Shown here one piece after another: positions 1 to 15,057 of a DNA stretch of 64,000 nt. The position numbers were made by a program, and so were the translations under genes. Under the pieces are notes generated by a model that was given only the letters and a program-made list of their open reading frames with translations, was not told the DNA's origin and ran no database searches. Each line of letters starts with the position of its first letter. Within the stretch, counting starts at the first letter, position 1. The DNA is from Rhizodiscina lignyota (taxonomy: Eukaryota). Location: the NCBI GenBank assembly GCA_010015805.1, contig ML978132.1:434001-498000 (forward strand). Reading direction: 5' to 3'.

Positions 1-3000
1 CCGTCGCCACAGAAGCCGCAACAGTAGTCTATGCTTTGCAGCTTCTCGACAAGTTCGTGCTTCTCGTCCGGAGACATGCGAGCGAAAACTTGACCAACGA
101 CGAGCATTTCTCGAAGGACCTTCTCGGAAGCGAAATCGATGATCCACCGAAAGACTTCGCCTGTGACAGCAACTGAATAATTTCGCAGATTGGAAACGTC
201 GTAAGGTAGAGAAGCGTCGCCTTCGGGGGGAGGGGGAAGAGGCTTCAATGTGTTTTCGTCGAGCTGATAGATAGGGTTGTCGACGCTCTCCCAGCTTAGC
301 TTTGCAAGTGGTGTCCGTGAATCGCCTTCTATAAAATGCGGGACGAAGCAGTGCGCAGATTTGTCAATCAAATTGCACTCCCTCGCCACGCTAATGGCCG
401 TCAAGATGTTGTCCCCAGTGCACATGACCTTGCGGATCCCCGCTCTTTCCAATTCGGCAATGACGCCAGTGGTGCTATCCTTGAGTTTGTTCTCAAAGAT
501 GATGAAGCCCAAGAAGTCCAGGTCCGACTCGGCCTCTGTGCGTTTCATTTTCTGAATCTTGACCCAATTCAACTTTGGGATATTCTTGGTCGCACAGCCG
601 ATAACTCGGAACCCGCGATGCGTATAATAGCTCAAGAGATCTTCATAGTCAGCAGGGAATGATTCGGGTCTGCAAATTTCCTTCATCACTTCTGGCGCTC
701 CTTTGACATAGATATCGCCAGCTTGAGAGCTGAACTGCCGGACGACCACACTGGCTCTGCGCAGCTGCGATATGAATTCAAATGAGCGCAAGACTCCCAG
801 TTCGATCGGCTGGCGATTCTGCACATTCGGCTCTTCCTCGACATCATATTCCATTCCAGGAGGTGGGCGTGCGACAGATGGTGAAAGCTTGTGATCCTCG
901 TCTTCTTCGTGAGTCGGTCCTCTTGACTCGCCTTCCTCATATGACCAGCCAGTGAATTCGAACATTTTAACGTCCAGAGGATCACCAACAAGCTCGTCAT
1001 CGATCATGCGCAAGGAATGACAGGTTGCCATTGTATATAGAATAGCCTTGTTGACATTATAATCAACCGTCGGGTCTCTGTTTGTCGCGCCCGGAAGCAC
1101 AGCTGTTGCATCGGTCAATGGTTCACTGAAGTTATTGGTCTGGCGCTGTACTGCTCGCACCCCAAGCACATCTAGGCCATCTTCAGTTAAGGTGCCTGTC
1201 TTATCGAAGCAGATGACATCGAGCTTGCCGCCTACGTTGACTCGCTGCGGACTGATGCAAAAAATCTTCTTTTGCTTGAGTCGGCTCAGAGCAAAATTGG
1301 TCCCAATAGTAAGTGTTGCCGGAAGTGCGGGCGGCACGACAATCGTGATGAGATCCAAGGCTCGGACAACTATGAGGTGCCACGCCAGGCCTAGGCGTAC
1401 AAAGTTGATGAACGATGCAACAAATCCGACGCCAGCTATGCATGCCATGACGGATATGTACCGGAAGGAGTCACGATAGAACTTGAAGCCCGAAGGTTTT
1501 GGGAAGAGCATTGATCGCACGAGAGCTCCTTTGGTAGTGTTGAACCCGGTGCGGATGACCATAGCCAATGCTGCAGCCTCTTCATCAGCCGAATCAGGTT
1601 GAGGTCTCCTTGCTCTGATGATCTTGGTTCCAGAGAACAGGAGATGTTTGGCGACATCCGGATGGATTGATGCAGCGCTGAGATTAAGGAGTTCAAGAGA
1701 CTCATCAGTTATTGGTGTCTTGGTCACGGGAACCGACTCTCCAGTCAGCATACTCTCATTGACTATGCAATCACCGGACAAAAGAAGACTGTCGCACGGT
1801 AGTTGAGAGAGATTTGGGTCCGTGACCTCATACACATCGCCAGGAACGAGATCGCTGGATTCGACCTGTCGCCAGAAGCCATTGCGGATAACGCGTACAT
1901 CGCATTCGAATCTAGATACCTCTCGTAGTCGGCGCATCGTCGTCTTTGTTTCGATCAGAGTCGCCGTAATGCTCACGACGGAGATGAGGAAGATGCAAGC
2001 TGCATAGTAGTAGTATTCATCCAAAGACCAAAGGATTAGACTGGCGATTTGGAATATGTAAAATGGGTGGAGTGCCTCGTCGATGAGCAGTTGGCCAACG
2101 CTCTTCTCTTCAAGGTCAATGATATTATCGCCGAAAACGCGATGCCTGTAGTCCTTCTCTTCGCCGTCCAGCCCAACGCGTAGAGCAGCTGCATCCGACC
2201 ATGCAGGATCTTTCCAGTTGTTGCCTAGGAGGAACTTGTCTTTGACTGGGTGGAATGCAAACCGTATATACCGGTAGTCCAGAGTTCGCAATTGGTGCAA
2301 AATAAGGTCGTTGTCCTCATCATATTCTCGATAGTGGCTCTTCTCATCAGTCCCAAAGACAGAGGCAAGTGAGCGGCCGTACATCTGCTTCAGCACGTTC
2401 TGTACGGCCATCTCTCCCCACTGGTTCTCGATGACAACCCAGTCGCATTCGCGCAATGGTGTAGGTACTCCGACGAGGTTGACACGCCAGCGTGGCAGCC
2501 ATCTGAACACAAGATATCCAATACCAGCTGTGAGTGCGCATATGGCGGCGTAGGCTGCAAATCCTATCCTTGATGTGCGGAATCCAGCTACCACAATAGT
2601 AAGGTCTTCCGTCAGGATGTATATCTTTTGGCTCTGCCGTCCTTCTCTTCTATGGCTGGCACTAGAGTCCGCGGATGAGTGTCGGCTCAGCAGCGGCACA
2701 TCAGTTGAGCGCCTCGACAATATGGAAGACTTGCGCCGACTTGAGGAGGAACGTCGTCCGATCTCCAAATCATCTTCGGGTTCAGCATAGCCATTCTCAG
2801 CATAGCCATTCTCGTGTTCCATCATATCATCCTCGTCGCTTATCGCCTCTTCATCCTCGCCCCAGACTTCCTGCACATCACCTTCCTCGTCGTAGAAGGT
2901 GAAACTGGCGTTCGAATCGGAGCGGTAGCGCCGGTGAGCGAAGGAGGATATACTCGAAGGAACGCTCTCTGCGAGAGGACCAGAGAACATCTGTCATACT

Positions 3001-3252
3001 GTGTAAGTGACACGAGGCACTGAATGGTGATGTCTCAGGCCCTGTGTACCTCATCTTGTGCCATCTCCACATCCGACACGAAACTAGCTCTGCAGAATTG
3101 TAAGCACTTCACTTTAATAATAGGGAGCTTGACACTTACTCGCTCATGTTCGAACCCCTTCTGTACATGCCACTTCTTCTCCGACCGCTGCTCCGCCGTC
3201 GCTCAATCGCGACGCTGCTGCGAGCGCTGTCCATGAGATCTTCATCGTCCAT
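1..3252 (-). CDS. YPK9: P5B-type ATPase (Ypk9/ATP13A2-like), 3' end runs off the window
   Basis: Minus-strand translation gives ITIVVPPALPATL (P5 PPALP motif), DVICFDKTGTLT (phosphorylation site), VMCTGDNILTA and FARMSPDEKHELVEKLQ..CGFCGDG. ATG at 3252, one short intron near 3095-3139. The ORF track misses it because there is no stop in the window. Confidence 0.92.
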
Positions 3253-6004
3253 TGCGGTGTGGATGTTTAGAGAGAGCGCATGCGCGCAGGTTTCCAGCGA
3301 ATTAAGCCATTACGGCCGCTAGACCAATGGATAATGAGCTGAAAGGAACCTGCTCAGTAGGACCGTTGAATAGTTTGAGGGCGAAAATTGAGCGTCTCGC
3401 GCTCGTGCCGCTGTGGAGACACATCTATCAGCCCTATGGACTCGGTCTCGGTGACGCTGAATGGCGGCCTTTTTCTCGGCGCTATTAACAACTAACATTC
3501 CTTCCACAATCATCTTTATCCCACCAAATATGTATCGATGGAAGGGGAGTACTCTAGTTTTCGATGCCAGAAACCAGATAGCACATTTATTAAATTTGCA
3601 AGATTCTCATTGGCGCGCAATTACATTTTGAAGGGCTCAATTAGATTCGGAGAATTTTTGGCCAGAAGCTGGCGAAGTGTCTTATTTGATATGTAGAAGT
3701 ACACTTCTTTCCGACAGCAATTGCTGTCTGTTTAGAATGACGCTTGCAGATTGTTGAAGAAACCATGCGTTCCGCGAAGGACGCATTTCTCCCACCACTC
3801 CAGAACCAGATCAAGGGAAAATGCAGCACTTGTCTCAACCCTTCCACACCCCGGGACTCTCATCCCATTCTCAGCAACTCCCCTCGAGGGAAGAGGGTTT
3901 ATATCGAAGAGGGATACAGCATGACCCGAACCGATGCGCCGAAGGACTTTGCCGGAAGGTTGCGTCTGAACTTTGCTCGCACGACACCAGAGTTGCCTAG
4001 CTATGTGATCAGCACCGATGATATTAAAATCCAATGCAAGGAGTCTTACCATGTGGCCTTGTTACCTTGCCCCAAATCACCCTTATCTTCGATCCTCGCA
4101 CCTCCTTCTGTGCCCGATAGACGTACGCGACCTTCTTGCCGAGGTAGAAACTACAAAGCCATCAGTTGTGAACATTGCTTCATGTTATCTTCCAGACTCA
4201 CGTCGCAGCCTTGGTGTCGTCCACGCCTTCAATCTTGATCAAGCTACAGACTCGTCAATACCAATGAAAGCACGCCCAAAATCTTGATCGAATCGTACCT
4301 GGTTCCAGGGTTGGTGTTGCGCTTAGCTCGCTGGTAGCTGATGTGCTTGCCCCTTTAAAATTCATGTTAGTCTCGATGCCGAAAAGCGTGACGCATATGG
4401 TCCGTAGATGTGAGTTGGGAAGTCGAGCGGATGCTGCCCAGAAGTGCACTGGGGCAGCAGGAGAGGAGTCTTACTTCACGTATACTAGAGATTGATGTCA
4501 GTCAGTGATCCCATAAATCAGCAGCAATAAACAGAAGCTAGATATAGAGCGAAGAAGGAGCGCGACGTTGAATATTGAGGTGACTGGACGGGAGCACATA
4601 CACCTGTGACCTGATCCCGAAGGCATTTTGACGGTGTCGGAGTCTCCAACAGGATATCTGCAAGAGAAAGAGGGACCTGACGCCGGTTTATGAGGTTGTC
4701 GGGGATAGTTGTTGTCGTCGATGGAGTTTGAGGTTTGAATGCGCCCACGATTCGATTTCGTGGTGCGCTGCCAGGGTGCTCGTTTCTCCGGCTCCGTTGT
4801 CTTGGCACTTTCGCTTCATCCTGTGCCGAGGGCAGCCGGCCGGACTTTTTGCACGCCTCGCAGGCTCGCGCTGTTCAAGATACCGGATCACTATTCAAAT
4901 TCTATGAAACATTCTGAAGAGCGCGGAGCTTTCGATGCTCTACCTTCTCAGCATCTGCGATTTACAGGCGATATCACCTCGACACTTGTCGGCCTCAGCA
5001 TGCAGCCTGTGGTATCAGCGGCAGGATTTGGATTAGGAATGAGGCCATCCCTTTCTGCAGATCTGAAAGCTTAAGCTCAGTTATGATATGTCCGGTTCGC
5101 GGATGACAAAGTATTACTCCGTCCGCATCTGGATACTGCCTCGCCAATTGCTGTGGGGATGGAAGAGGAGCATGCAAGCTCCCTGCAGGACTCCCGCCTT
5201 CCAGCCACATTATAAACAGCTTTGTACGACGCCGGAGCTGTTTGACATGAAAGTAATACGATTATCGAACATAGGCATCCTTGAAAGAGGCTAGTGGTCC
5301 GCCATGTCCGCCGACGATAATCAGATACTAGCAGATAGTCGTCGGCCAAGCTCATGCTCCCATTTAACCTGGAGAAGCAAAAACGGATTAATTTTCAGAA
5401 TAGCAAATGCCAAATGCCAGAATGGGCTTCACGATAGCAACAAGCGGAAGATTGTGAGATTCGATCTGGCCCGGCAAGCGTCTGCCGCGCCGTGGCAGGA
5501 GCTTCGCGGCCCTGACGGCTCTGTCGCGGGAGAAGAGGGACGGCCTCGCAGCTCGGCGTGTCTCGATTTTATAAGCTAGCGAATCCGCTGACTGATGCAA
5601 TAATTATCTGTTGAGACTGTTTGTAACGCTTGAAAAACCTCACGGCTCCCTCAATTGGCACCTGTATAGCTCCCTATATTGAGTAAATCGCCCCATCAAA
5701 GCCCAGGCGCCTCATTCACAGAGCTGCTGCCCCTCCTGATCCGTGCGAGCGTCATTGCGAGAAGTGGGTCACCGCGACTGGAGCTTTCATTTGAGATCAA
5801 TATTTTAACCCAACCTCCAAGCTCCCCACCATCAACTCTTCCCTCAAGCCAACGCTCCACACACAACCACAGTAGTGCTCCTACCCCTAGAGATACTCTA
5901 TCTACTCTACGGAAGCTCGTGGATCTCGCGTCAGTTTCAGCGAAGTGGCTGTATTCTCCCCGCAGCATCCTAACGCCGCCACATAGACCGCACACAGCGA
6001 CAAG

Positions 6005-8050
<2,046 letters not shown>

Positions 8051-8562
8051 AGAAAGGACGTGCTGCCTCCTTCCTAACCGGAGTTGGAAACAGAAAGCTT
8101 TTTGTCATCGACGCTCTGAACTTCTGGGCAAGGCACAAAGGTAATATAGACGCTGGCTGGCGTATGCTCTCACATTACACGCCGCCGCAAATGATGCTTG
8201 AGACCTCTGATTTGTACTTCCAAGAAAGTCTTCTCCGTAGCTATGAAAAAATGATACGATTCTGAACCATAGAAACATGAGCATTCTGTTTTGATACCCT
8301 TATAATGATCCTCGTGCACATCAGCAAGCTAGACCTTATAACTGAGAACAATACCATTCCATAAACTACCTGGCAACACACTTAGTGTTGTAAACAGAAC
8401 GCCCGTGAATTCCTCAACTCCGCAAATGCAGCCTTCTGATTGGCCAGAACACATCCGTCCACGCAGAAAAAGTTGACCGTCCATCTGCTTCCAGCACTGC
8501 TCACAACTCGCAAACTGGTCAAAATAACCATCACATTGTAGAGCTAATCTATCATTTCCGAC

Positions 8563-9189
8563 ATGCGTACTTCACCAAATATCATCATCACCGGCACACC
8601 CGGCGTCGGCAAGACCACACACGCAGAACTGCTCGCAGAGAGCACCGGCTTGCAACACCTCTCAATCAACAAGATTTCCGAAGAGCGCAACTGCACAGAT
8701 GGTCGGGACGAGGAATTGCAGACATGGATAGTTGACGAAGACAAGGTACATTTCCATCAACCCCCAATACTATGCGAAATATCTAACCGTCGTCTCGACT
8801 AGCTTCTCGACGCAATAGAACCCGAATGCCTAGCCGGCGGGGTCATCATCGACTGGCACGCGTGCGACCTCTTCCCCAAATCGTGGATCGACCTCGTCGT
8901 CGTGATACGCTGCGACTCGACGCTGCTGTACGATCGATTGAGCGCGAGGAAGTACAGCGAGAAGAAGCTGGACGAGAACATGGACGCCGAGATCATGCAG
9001 GTGCTTCTGGACGAGGCGCGCGATGCATACGACGAGGAGATTGTGGTAGAGCTGTGGAGTAATGAGGGCGAGGATGTGGAGGCGAATGTGGGGAGGATTG
9101 TGCAGTGGGTGGACAATTGGAAGAAGGACAGTGGGAGGAGGGATGGCGCTGAGGCGGACGGGAAAGAGAAGGGTGGAGAGGATGATTGA
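8563..9189 (+). CDS. FAP7: Adenylate kinase 6 / Fap7 (pre-40S maturation)
   Basis: NIIITGTPGVGKTT P-loop, IIDWHACDLFP, KLDENMDAEIMQV; one intron near 8746-8802. Confidence 0.93.
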
Positions 9190-9254
9190 TTCTACAAAGG
9201 GGCAGGCGCTCTATAGGGCGAAAGAAGGTTATATATGGATGGGAGTGTGGTCGA

Positions 9255-10030
9255 TCAGACTTCCTGCGCTAGCCACTCTTTCAGCTTCTCGAGAGCCTTG
9301 CCGCGATGCGAGATCTTGTTCTTCTCTGCCTTGGTCATCTCGGCGTACGTCTTACCTTCGTACTCAAACGATGAGTCCCATCCTAGCATGGTAAGTGCGT
9401 GCAAGACCTTTCATCAAAACGATCACTTACCAAATACAGTTGGCCCTCGTGAAGGCACAAGCTTTCCCTGTACAATGTCAGAAGTGTGACTATCGACAAC
9501 AAAGAGCAATTAACATACGTCTGTCCGTCCCTGGAAGAGTATGGGTTTGTGTCCTGGGCCTTCGGAGTATGCGAAAGTACAAACGGCTTGTGCAGACTTG
9601 TCCTCGAAGCCAGCTAGCATCTTGTGCATGTCCTCAGAGCCGAGGGCGAGCAAGAAGTATTTCCTTGTTGAGGCGTTAGCAATTATCGTACGTAGCTAGC
9701 GAGAGCGAAGAGGTAGTGGTACACGTATGGACCAGGAAGATCGTTCATAGCTTTGAAGCAGAGACATGTATCCTCGACGAGTACTGGGCCTTGAACCTGA
9801 AATGAATTAACGAGCCATCACTCTTGCTATTGGCATGATAGATTCTCATGAAGACCAACCGATTCCGCAGCTCTTTTGCATTTGTCGATCGTGACCTCTT
9901 CCACCGTGCCTTGTATTTCATCCAAATCCAGGCTCTGACTCTTCAGCTCCACGATGCCTTCTAGAATCGCTTGCACTTCTATAAGCTTATTCTTATTGCC
10001 CGTAATGAAATTCAACTCTTTCGGGGCCAT
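9255..10030 (-). CDS. HAM1: Inosine triphosphate pyrophosphatase (Ham1/ITPA)
   Basis: [44 protein letters not shown] (SHR motif); TGA at 9255-9257. Confidence 0.94.
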
Positions 10031-10345
10031 TTTGACGGCTTGTTCGGAAAGATTGAAATTTTGAGAAGAAATTAAGGAATTGTGGCGCTTGCGTGGGCTG
10101 TGGGATCTTCGAAGGCGACCTCACAATATCATCTTGGCTAGTGCAACGCCATCCTCATGTCTCTAGGCTATCCAGATTATTTCATAGAAGTTTAAAGTCT
10201 CTCAACTTCGCAAGAACTCCACGTCTTTTTCTTTGGTCTGCACGTTTCTCATGGCGCTTTGGGACAGCAAGTACCTAGCGTTTGTTCAATAGCCGTCAAA
10301 ACAGCCACTGAGCTGGAGTAGTTAAAGCTCTTTCAGTCCTCAGAC

Positions 10346-12054
10346 ATGATTTCTTTCGCGTCCATTGCCCTGGGCCTTTTCAGTGCGATAATTCTTCAAT
10401 TGGTGGTTACCAGATATACCTCTGACGGCGCCGCAAAGCGCGGCCAGACTGGTACACCTACTCTACTACCCCATTGGATCCCATACTTTGGCCACTTGCC
10501 CAGATTGTTGTTTCAGTCTGATGGCTTCCTTGGACGTAGAAGGTCTGTCTCTACCTTTTGGTAATGAACGCGAGCTCATTATGGAATTACAGGAAGGCGG
10601 CTGAAGGTGGAGCCTTTGCTCTCACCGCAATGGGCAGACAATACAACATCATCTCCTCACCCGGCTCCATTGCGGCCGCCCTGGAAAATGCTGAGTCGGC
10701 ACTCGACTACCATGAACCAGCGATCAATGTTCTTAAAGCCGCATTCTCATTCCCCAAGGCGGACGAGACTACGCTGAAGGCAATCTTGACATCCAACGAG
10801 GAGCGCTGTATTCTTCCTCAATCAGTCACAGAACACCTCACCACCACCGCACTCAAGACCATCCAATCCACCATCCCCGACCTCCTCTCCTTCATGTCCA
10901 ACCTAATCGACCAATTCCCTTGGGAGCGGTACACCATCATCTCTCTACCTGAGGCCGACTCCACATCTACTACCTCTGATATCGCAATCGTGGACCTCCA
11001 CCTCCTCCTACGCAATTACATCACCCACCACCTCACGCGAATCCTGCTCCCGCACTCCCTCCTCGAAAGCCACACTCACGCACAGTCCTTCGTACAAGAC
11101 CTCTGGACAATGAACGCCGCGCTCTTCCAACTCACCCTCGGCCTCCCGCGCTGGCTGCCAATTCCGCGCCTCACCTCCGCGCATATCGCGCGCCGGAATC
11201 TGCTCTGGAGTCTGGGTGGCTTGTTCTACGCGCTAGATAGAGTAAAGCGCGGGGAGGAACCGAGCGGCGAATGGCGCGATCTGGATGACGAATTTGCGGA
11301 GCTGTCGCCGTTCGTGCGACACGTGCAGGATGTGTATGGTGATTTGAAGCCCGAGGCGCGAGCGAGTATGGCGTTGGTGGGCCTGTTGGGATTGAGTGTG
11401 AGGTTGATGAGGTTGGTGCTTTGGACGGTGGTGCATATTGCTCAGAGCAAAAGTCTTGTTGCGAGGGTCAGGGAAGAGACAAAAGAGAACGTGAGAGCGA
11501 CGCAGCCGCCGCTCGTCTTCGGTGTCGCAGAGCCCGTTCATTTGGAGATTGATGGCGAGGTGCTGGCCCGCGAAGGGTCGTGTCCTGTGCTCGAATCGTG
11601 CTATACGGAGAGCGTACGTCTTTATGACCGCAGTCTCGGCCTTGCCAGCGTCATTCAGACCTGCGAGCTCCATGCAGGAGGAGAAGGAAATAGTGATGGG
11701 AAGAAGGACACGCTTGTGCTAGAGGAGGATACGATGCTTGCGACGGTCCCGTACCTACATAATCTCTCAGAGGCTGTATTCGACGATCCGCTCCAGTGGA
11801 ACCCTGACCGCCAGCTCAAGGACACGCTGCTGCCGGACGGGCTAGACTTGCTCGCTGGTGGAGGGGCACAGTTCGTGAAGACTCTGAGCGTAGCGCTCAT
11901 CGCAGGTGTTTTGGCAGTGTGGGACGTAGAGATACCTCACAAAATTCCAAAGGCTGGACGAAGTATTACTGTAGCGGGTCCCAAGGGTATTGTGAAAGCG
12001 AGACTCAAGCGCAGGGAACTGAGAGAATCAGCTCAGGGCGCGTTGGGCCATTGA
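10346..12054 (+). CDS. Cytochrome P450-fold membrane protein (CYP7/CYP8-like) lacking the heme-ligand cysteine
   Basis: N-terminal TM anchor, Pro hinge PTLLPHWIPYFGH, ExxR (ESVR), PERF-like WNPDR; intron 10543-10592; no FxxGxxxCxG. Confidence 0.8.
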
Positions 12055-12784
12055 AGCCGACATGGAAAGGGTGACGGCATTCGCTGAACTCACATCTGGT
12101 TGAAACTGAGTTCATAGAATAAAATAGTCTCGTATAGAACTTCAAGTCACTTTCTCTGCCACGCAATTGGACTTGGCAGTGAATGTCACGAATATGAGGG
12201 ACCAAGGTTGAGCGAAAGAGCTGTGGGCATGCGGAACACAATACACAGCTGCATTCACACTTAAGGGTAGATAGTGGTATTTTGAAAGTTGTGATATTGG
12301 TTCAGTAGCTACGTAACTGGAAGAGCCAGTGTACATGTAGACTGCCATCGATGCAGCGCCCAGAGTATTCCTCGTCCTGTGTCGTTCATTGGGCATCGTC
12401 AGAAATGCGACCGTAATGCAGATAACGCCAGAAAAGAAAAGAAAAAAAAGACCCCATGATAATCGAAAAAGCAAATGTGTTCAGCCGCAACCAGATTCTC
12501 TCGCCATTGATGCCACTCTTATTTGGACGCCCCGTGAGTTGCCAGCAGGATAAGGGAAAAGCATCCCCCCGCGATGCTGAGGACCATCGCAATCGGCCAG
12601 AACGCTTCCCAAATTTGATGGGTGATTGGCATATCCCGGGACGAATTCCAGAGATAACAGAGATCGCCCGAGGGGGAGACCCGGGTGGAAACGCTTGGGC
12701 CGTGCCGTTTGGCCGCCATCGCAGAAATCACCTCACCACGGACGACGACAGGCTCCTTGAGGACAACATTGACGCGCGGGAGGA

Positions 12785-13476
12785 TTAACGACTGGAGGGA
12801 GCTCGAGTTAGTAACACGGCGTTAGGTGGCGGTGTTGGTGGGGGACTCACTCCTCAGCCCACTCATTCTCACGACGGATCTGCTCCTCCTCCTCGGGGGT
12901 GAAGTCGTTCTGGATATTGAACGTCTTTCGAATCTCATCGGGGGTCTTGCCCTTGATCATGTTGGCGACGGTCTTGCAGCCGACGTCGAGAAGGGCCTTG
13001 ATGTCGAGATAGTTGGCAGCGAGGATGATCTCGAAGAGCATCTCCTGGTCGACCTGCATGAACTTCTGGTCCCACTCGTCGATGTCGGTGGACTTCTTGC
13101 GGGAGTCGGCATCGTCGTCAGCGGAGGCAGGAGGGTCCTTCTTGTGGTGCTCGCACCACTCAAGGACCTTCTTGAGCACGACCTCGTTCACCTAAATTTG
13201 CCATCAGATATGTCGTTGCATCGAGTGACGCGCGGTGTCGGATGCTTACATTGGGAATGGGAATGGACTCCGTGTTGGCCTCCTCAGGAAGATCGTCGAG
13301 AAGGTTCTTGATCAGGATGGAGCGCTCGGCGACTTGACGCTCTGGAATTGAGGTGTTAGTCGGTGAACTGCAAATGATTCGGTTGCGCGTGGCAGTGCGC
13401 AGGGAGGAAACTTACCGACAGAAATGTCGACGCCATCAGAGGAGGTAAGGGTGATGTTGGCCGGTGGGGCAGACAT
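12785..13476 (-). CDS. SKP1: SCF ubiquitin ligase subunit Skp1 (SconC)
   Basis: [72 protein letters not shown] final intron gives the canonical ..AEDR* end (TAA 12785-12787). Confidence 0.97.
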
Positions 13477-15057
13477 CTTGATGGTTATTCCGAAAGGTAG
13501 ATGAACTTGATGATTTCTTTGGTGGTGTAAGCCTGAAAGCTGGGTCGTGTGCGGAGGCGGTTGGCGGAAGTTGTTGAAGGAAGGAAGGTTGTGCGGAGAG
13601 GGGGAAGGCAGACTTATATAGCTAGGGCACGGGCAGTTTGCGCGAAGTGTCGTTCTCAACGGTCGGTGGGCGTTCGAGTGAAGTGTTGCGGCTTTGCTGT
13701 GCCTTTGAGCCATTGTGAAGGTGCCTGTGAGGCAATGCCCGCGCTTCGCCGCTTCCGGCATAGCGCAAGGCCACCGCGACTTCACTTCGGGGCGAAGAGT
13801 GTTCCCTGGCGTGAGGCCTCTCGCCCGCCGCAGCCAGTGGATTCGCGCGATTATCGCGATACACACACTATCATCAGGAGTATGCACACTTCGGCCGCGG
13901 CTAGAAGCGCCTTTACAACTGTCCAGGAGCTTTGAACAGCTTCGTGGCTTGCCCGACACGCTTCCCTTAGTCCTTTTGGTTTCCGTTTCACTAACACGTT
14001 TCTGTGTCATTACCTCCAAGAGCCTCACTGTGTGAGTGATTTCGTGTCTAATTATGTTTGCCGAGGAGACTTTGTTGGTCTAGATTCCACCTCTCTCCAG
14101 ACGGTCCCAATCTGACCCAATTGTCGTCATACTGTTTGCTGAGTGACCAAGATTTGCCTCCTGCTTATGGTGCATCTTCCCACATCGCAACGATGCCGTT
14201 TGCTAGCGAGGAAAATGCTGGCCCTGCGTCGGAGGCGTCGCTAATGCCAGAGAGCATTACTATGAGCCCGTATGTCAGAAAATGGCTATCGGGATATCTG
14301 TGGCTGACAATGGCGACCTCTTCAGTGCATTATGGGCGCTAGCATCCAGTCGTTTTGAGGGGGAACTATCTGCAGTCCAGTGTCGTGTGCGCCCACAAGC
14401 TGGAAAGCACATGCATAATATACATGTAGGGCCAGTCAATTATCTCTACTTAACCTATTGAAGCAGAGCAGCGAGTGCGCGATTAACCCTACTTTACTTT
14501 CCATACCAATGAAGTTACCAATGGGAGTAACTATGTACTCGGCACTTCAGCCCTATAACGACCCCAGTCTTTGGCAGTATCGGACAATCTTGGGAAATTC
14601 CATGTTAGACAGCCAATGAATAGAACAGCGCATATTATCAGTGCACCAATGATCTGCACGCGTCCGCTCTGCGTAGTGCATGCATGCGGCGCTGCTTCAC
14701 TGCCAGATCTCCGCAAACGGCCACTCAAACAGCTCAGAATGCGGTCGATAACCTGCTTTGCTGGTCACACGCGTCACATACTACCTTCATTTTCGCCGGC
14801 GACGTAGAAGATGCCATCTTATCGTTCCAGACAACCTTTTGCTCCCATCACGCACTCACGCCATTTTCAGGATAAAAAAGAAAGCCGCCGCTAGCAAGCC
14901 CCTTGTAACTCCAGATCCATCCATTTGCCGGAGTATCCTCAAGCTTGCGCGGAGCTTGCTGCGAGCCTCGTGAAGGTCTTCCTGGAAGAACAATCATGGT
15001 CTTTGCTCGGACCTCTCGCCCTTGACATCCAGCGACGAGAGATGCCAGATCTGAAGC

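Noticed and set aside
277..3236. Many plus-strand ORFs in the ORF track
   Set aside because: Antisense shadows of the P5B ATPase exon.
13312..14028. 238-aa ORF as an N-terminal extension of Skp1
   Set aside because: It reads through GC-rich promoter DNA and intron 1. The canonical start [15 protein letters not shown] is at 13476.
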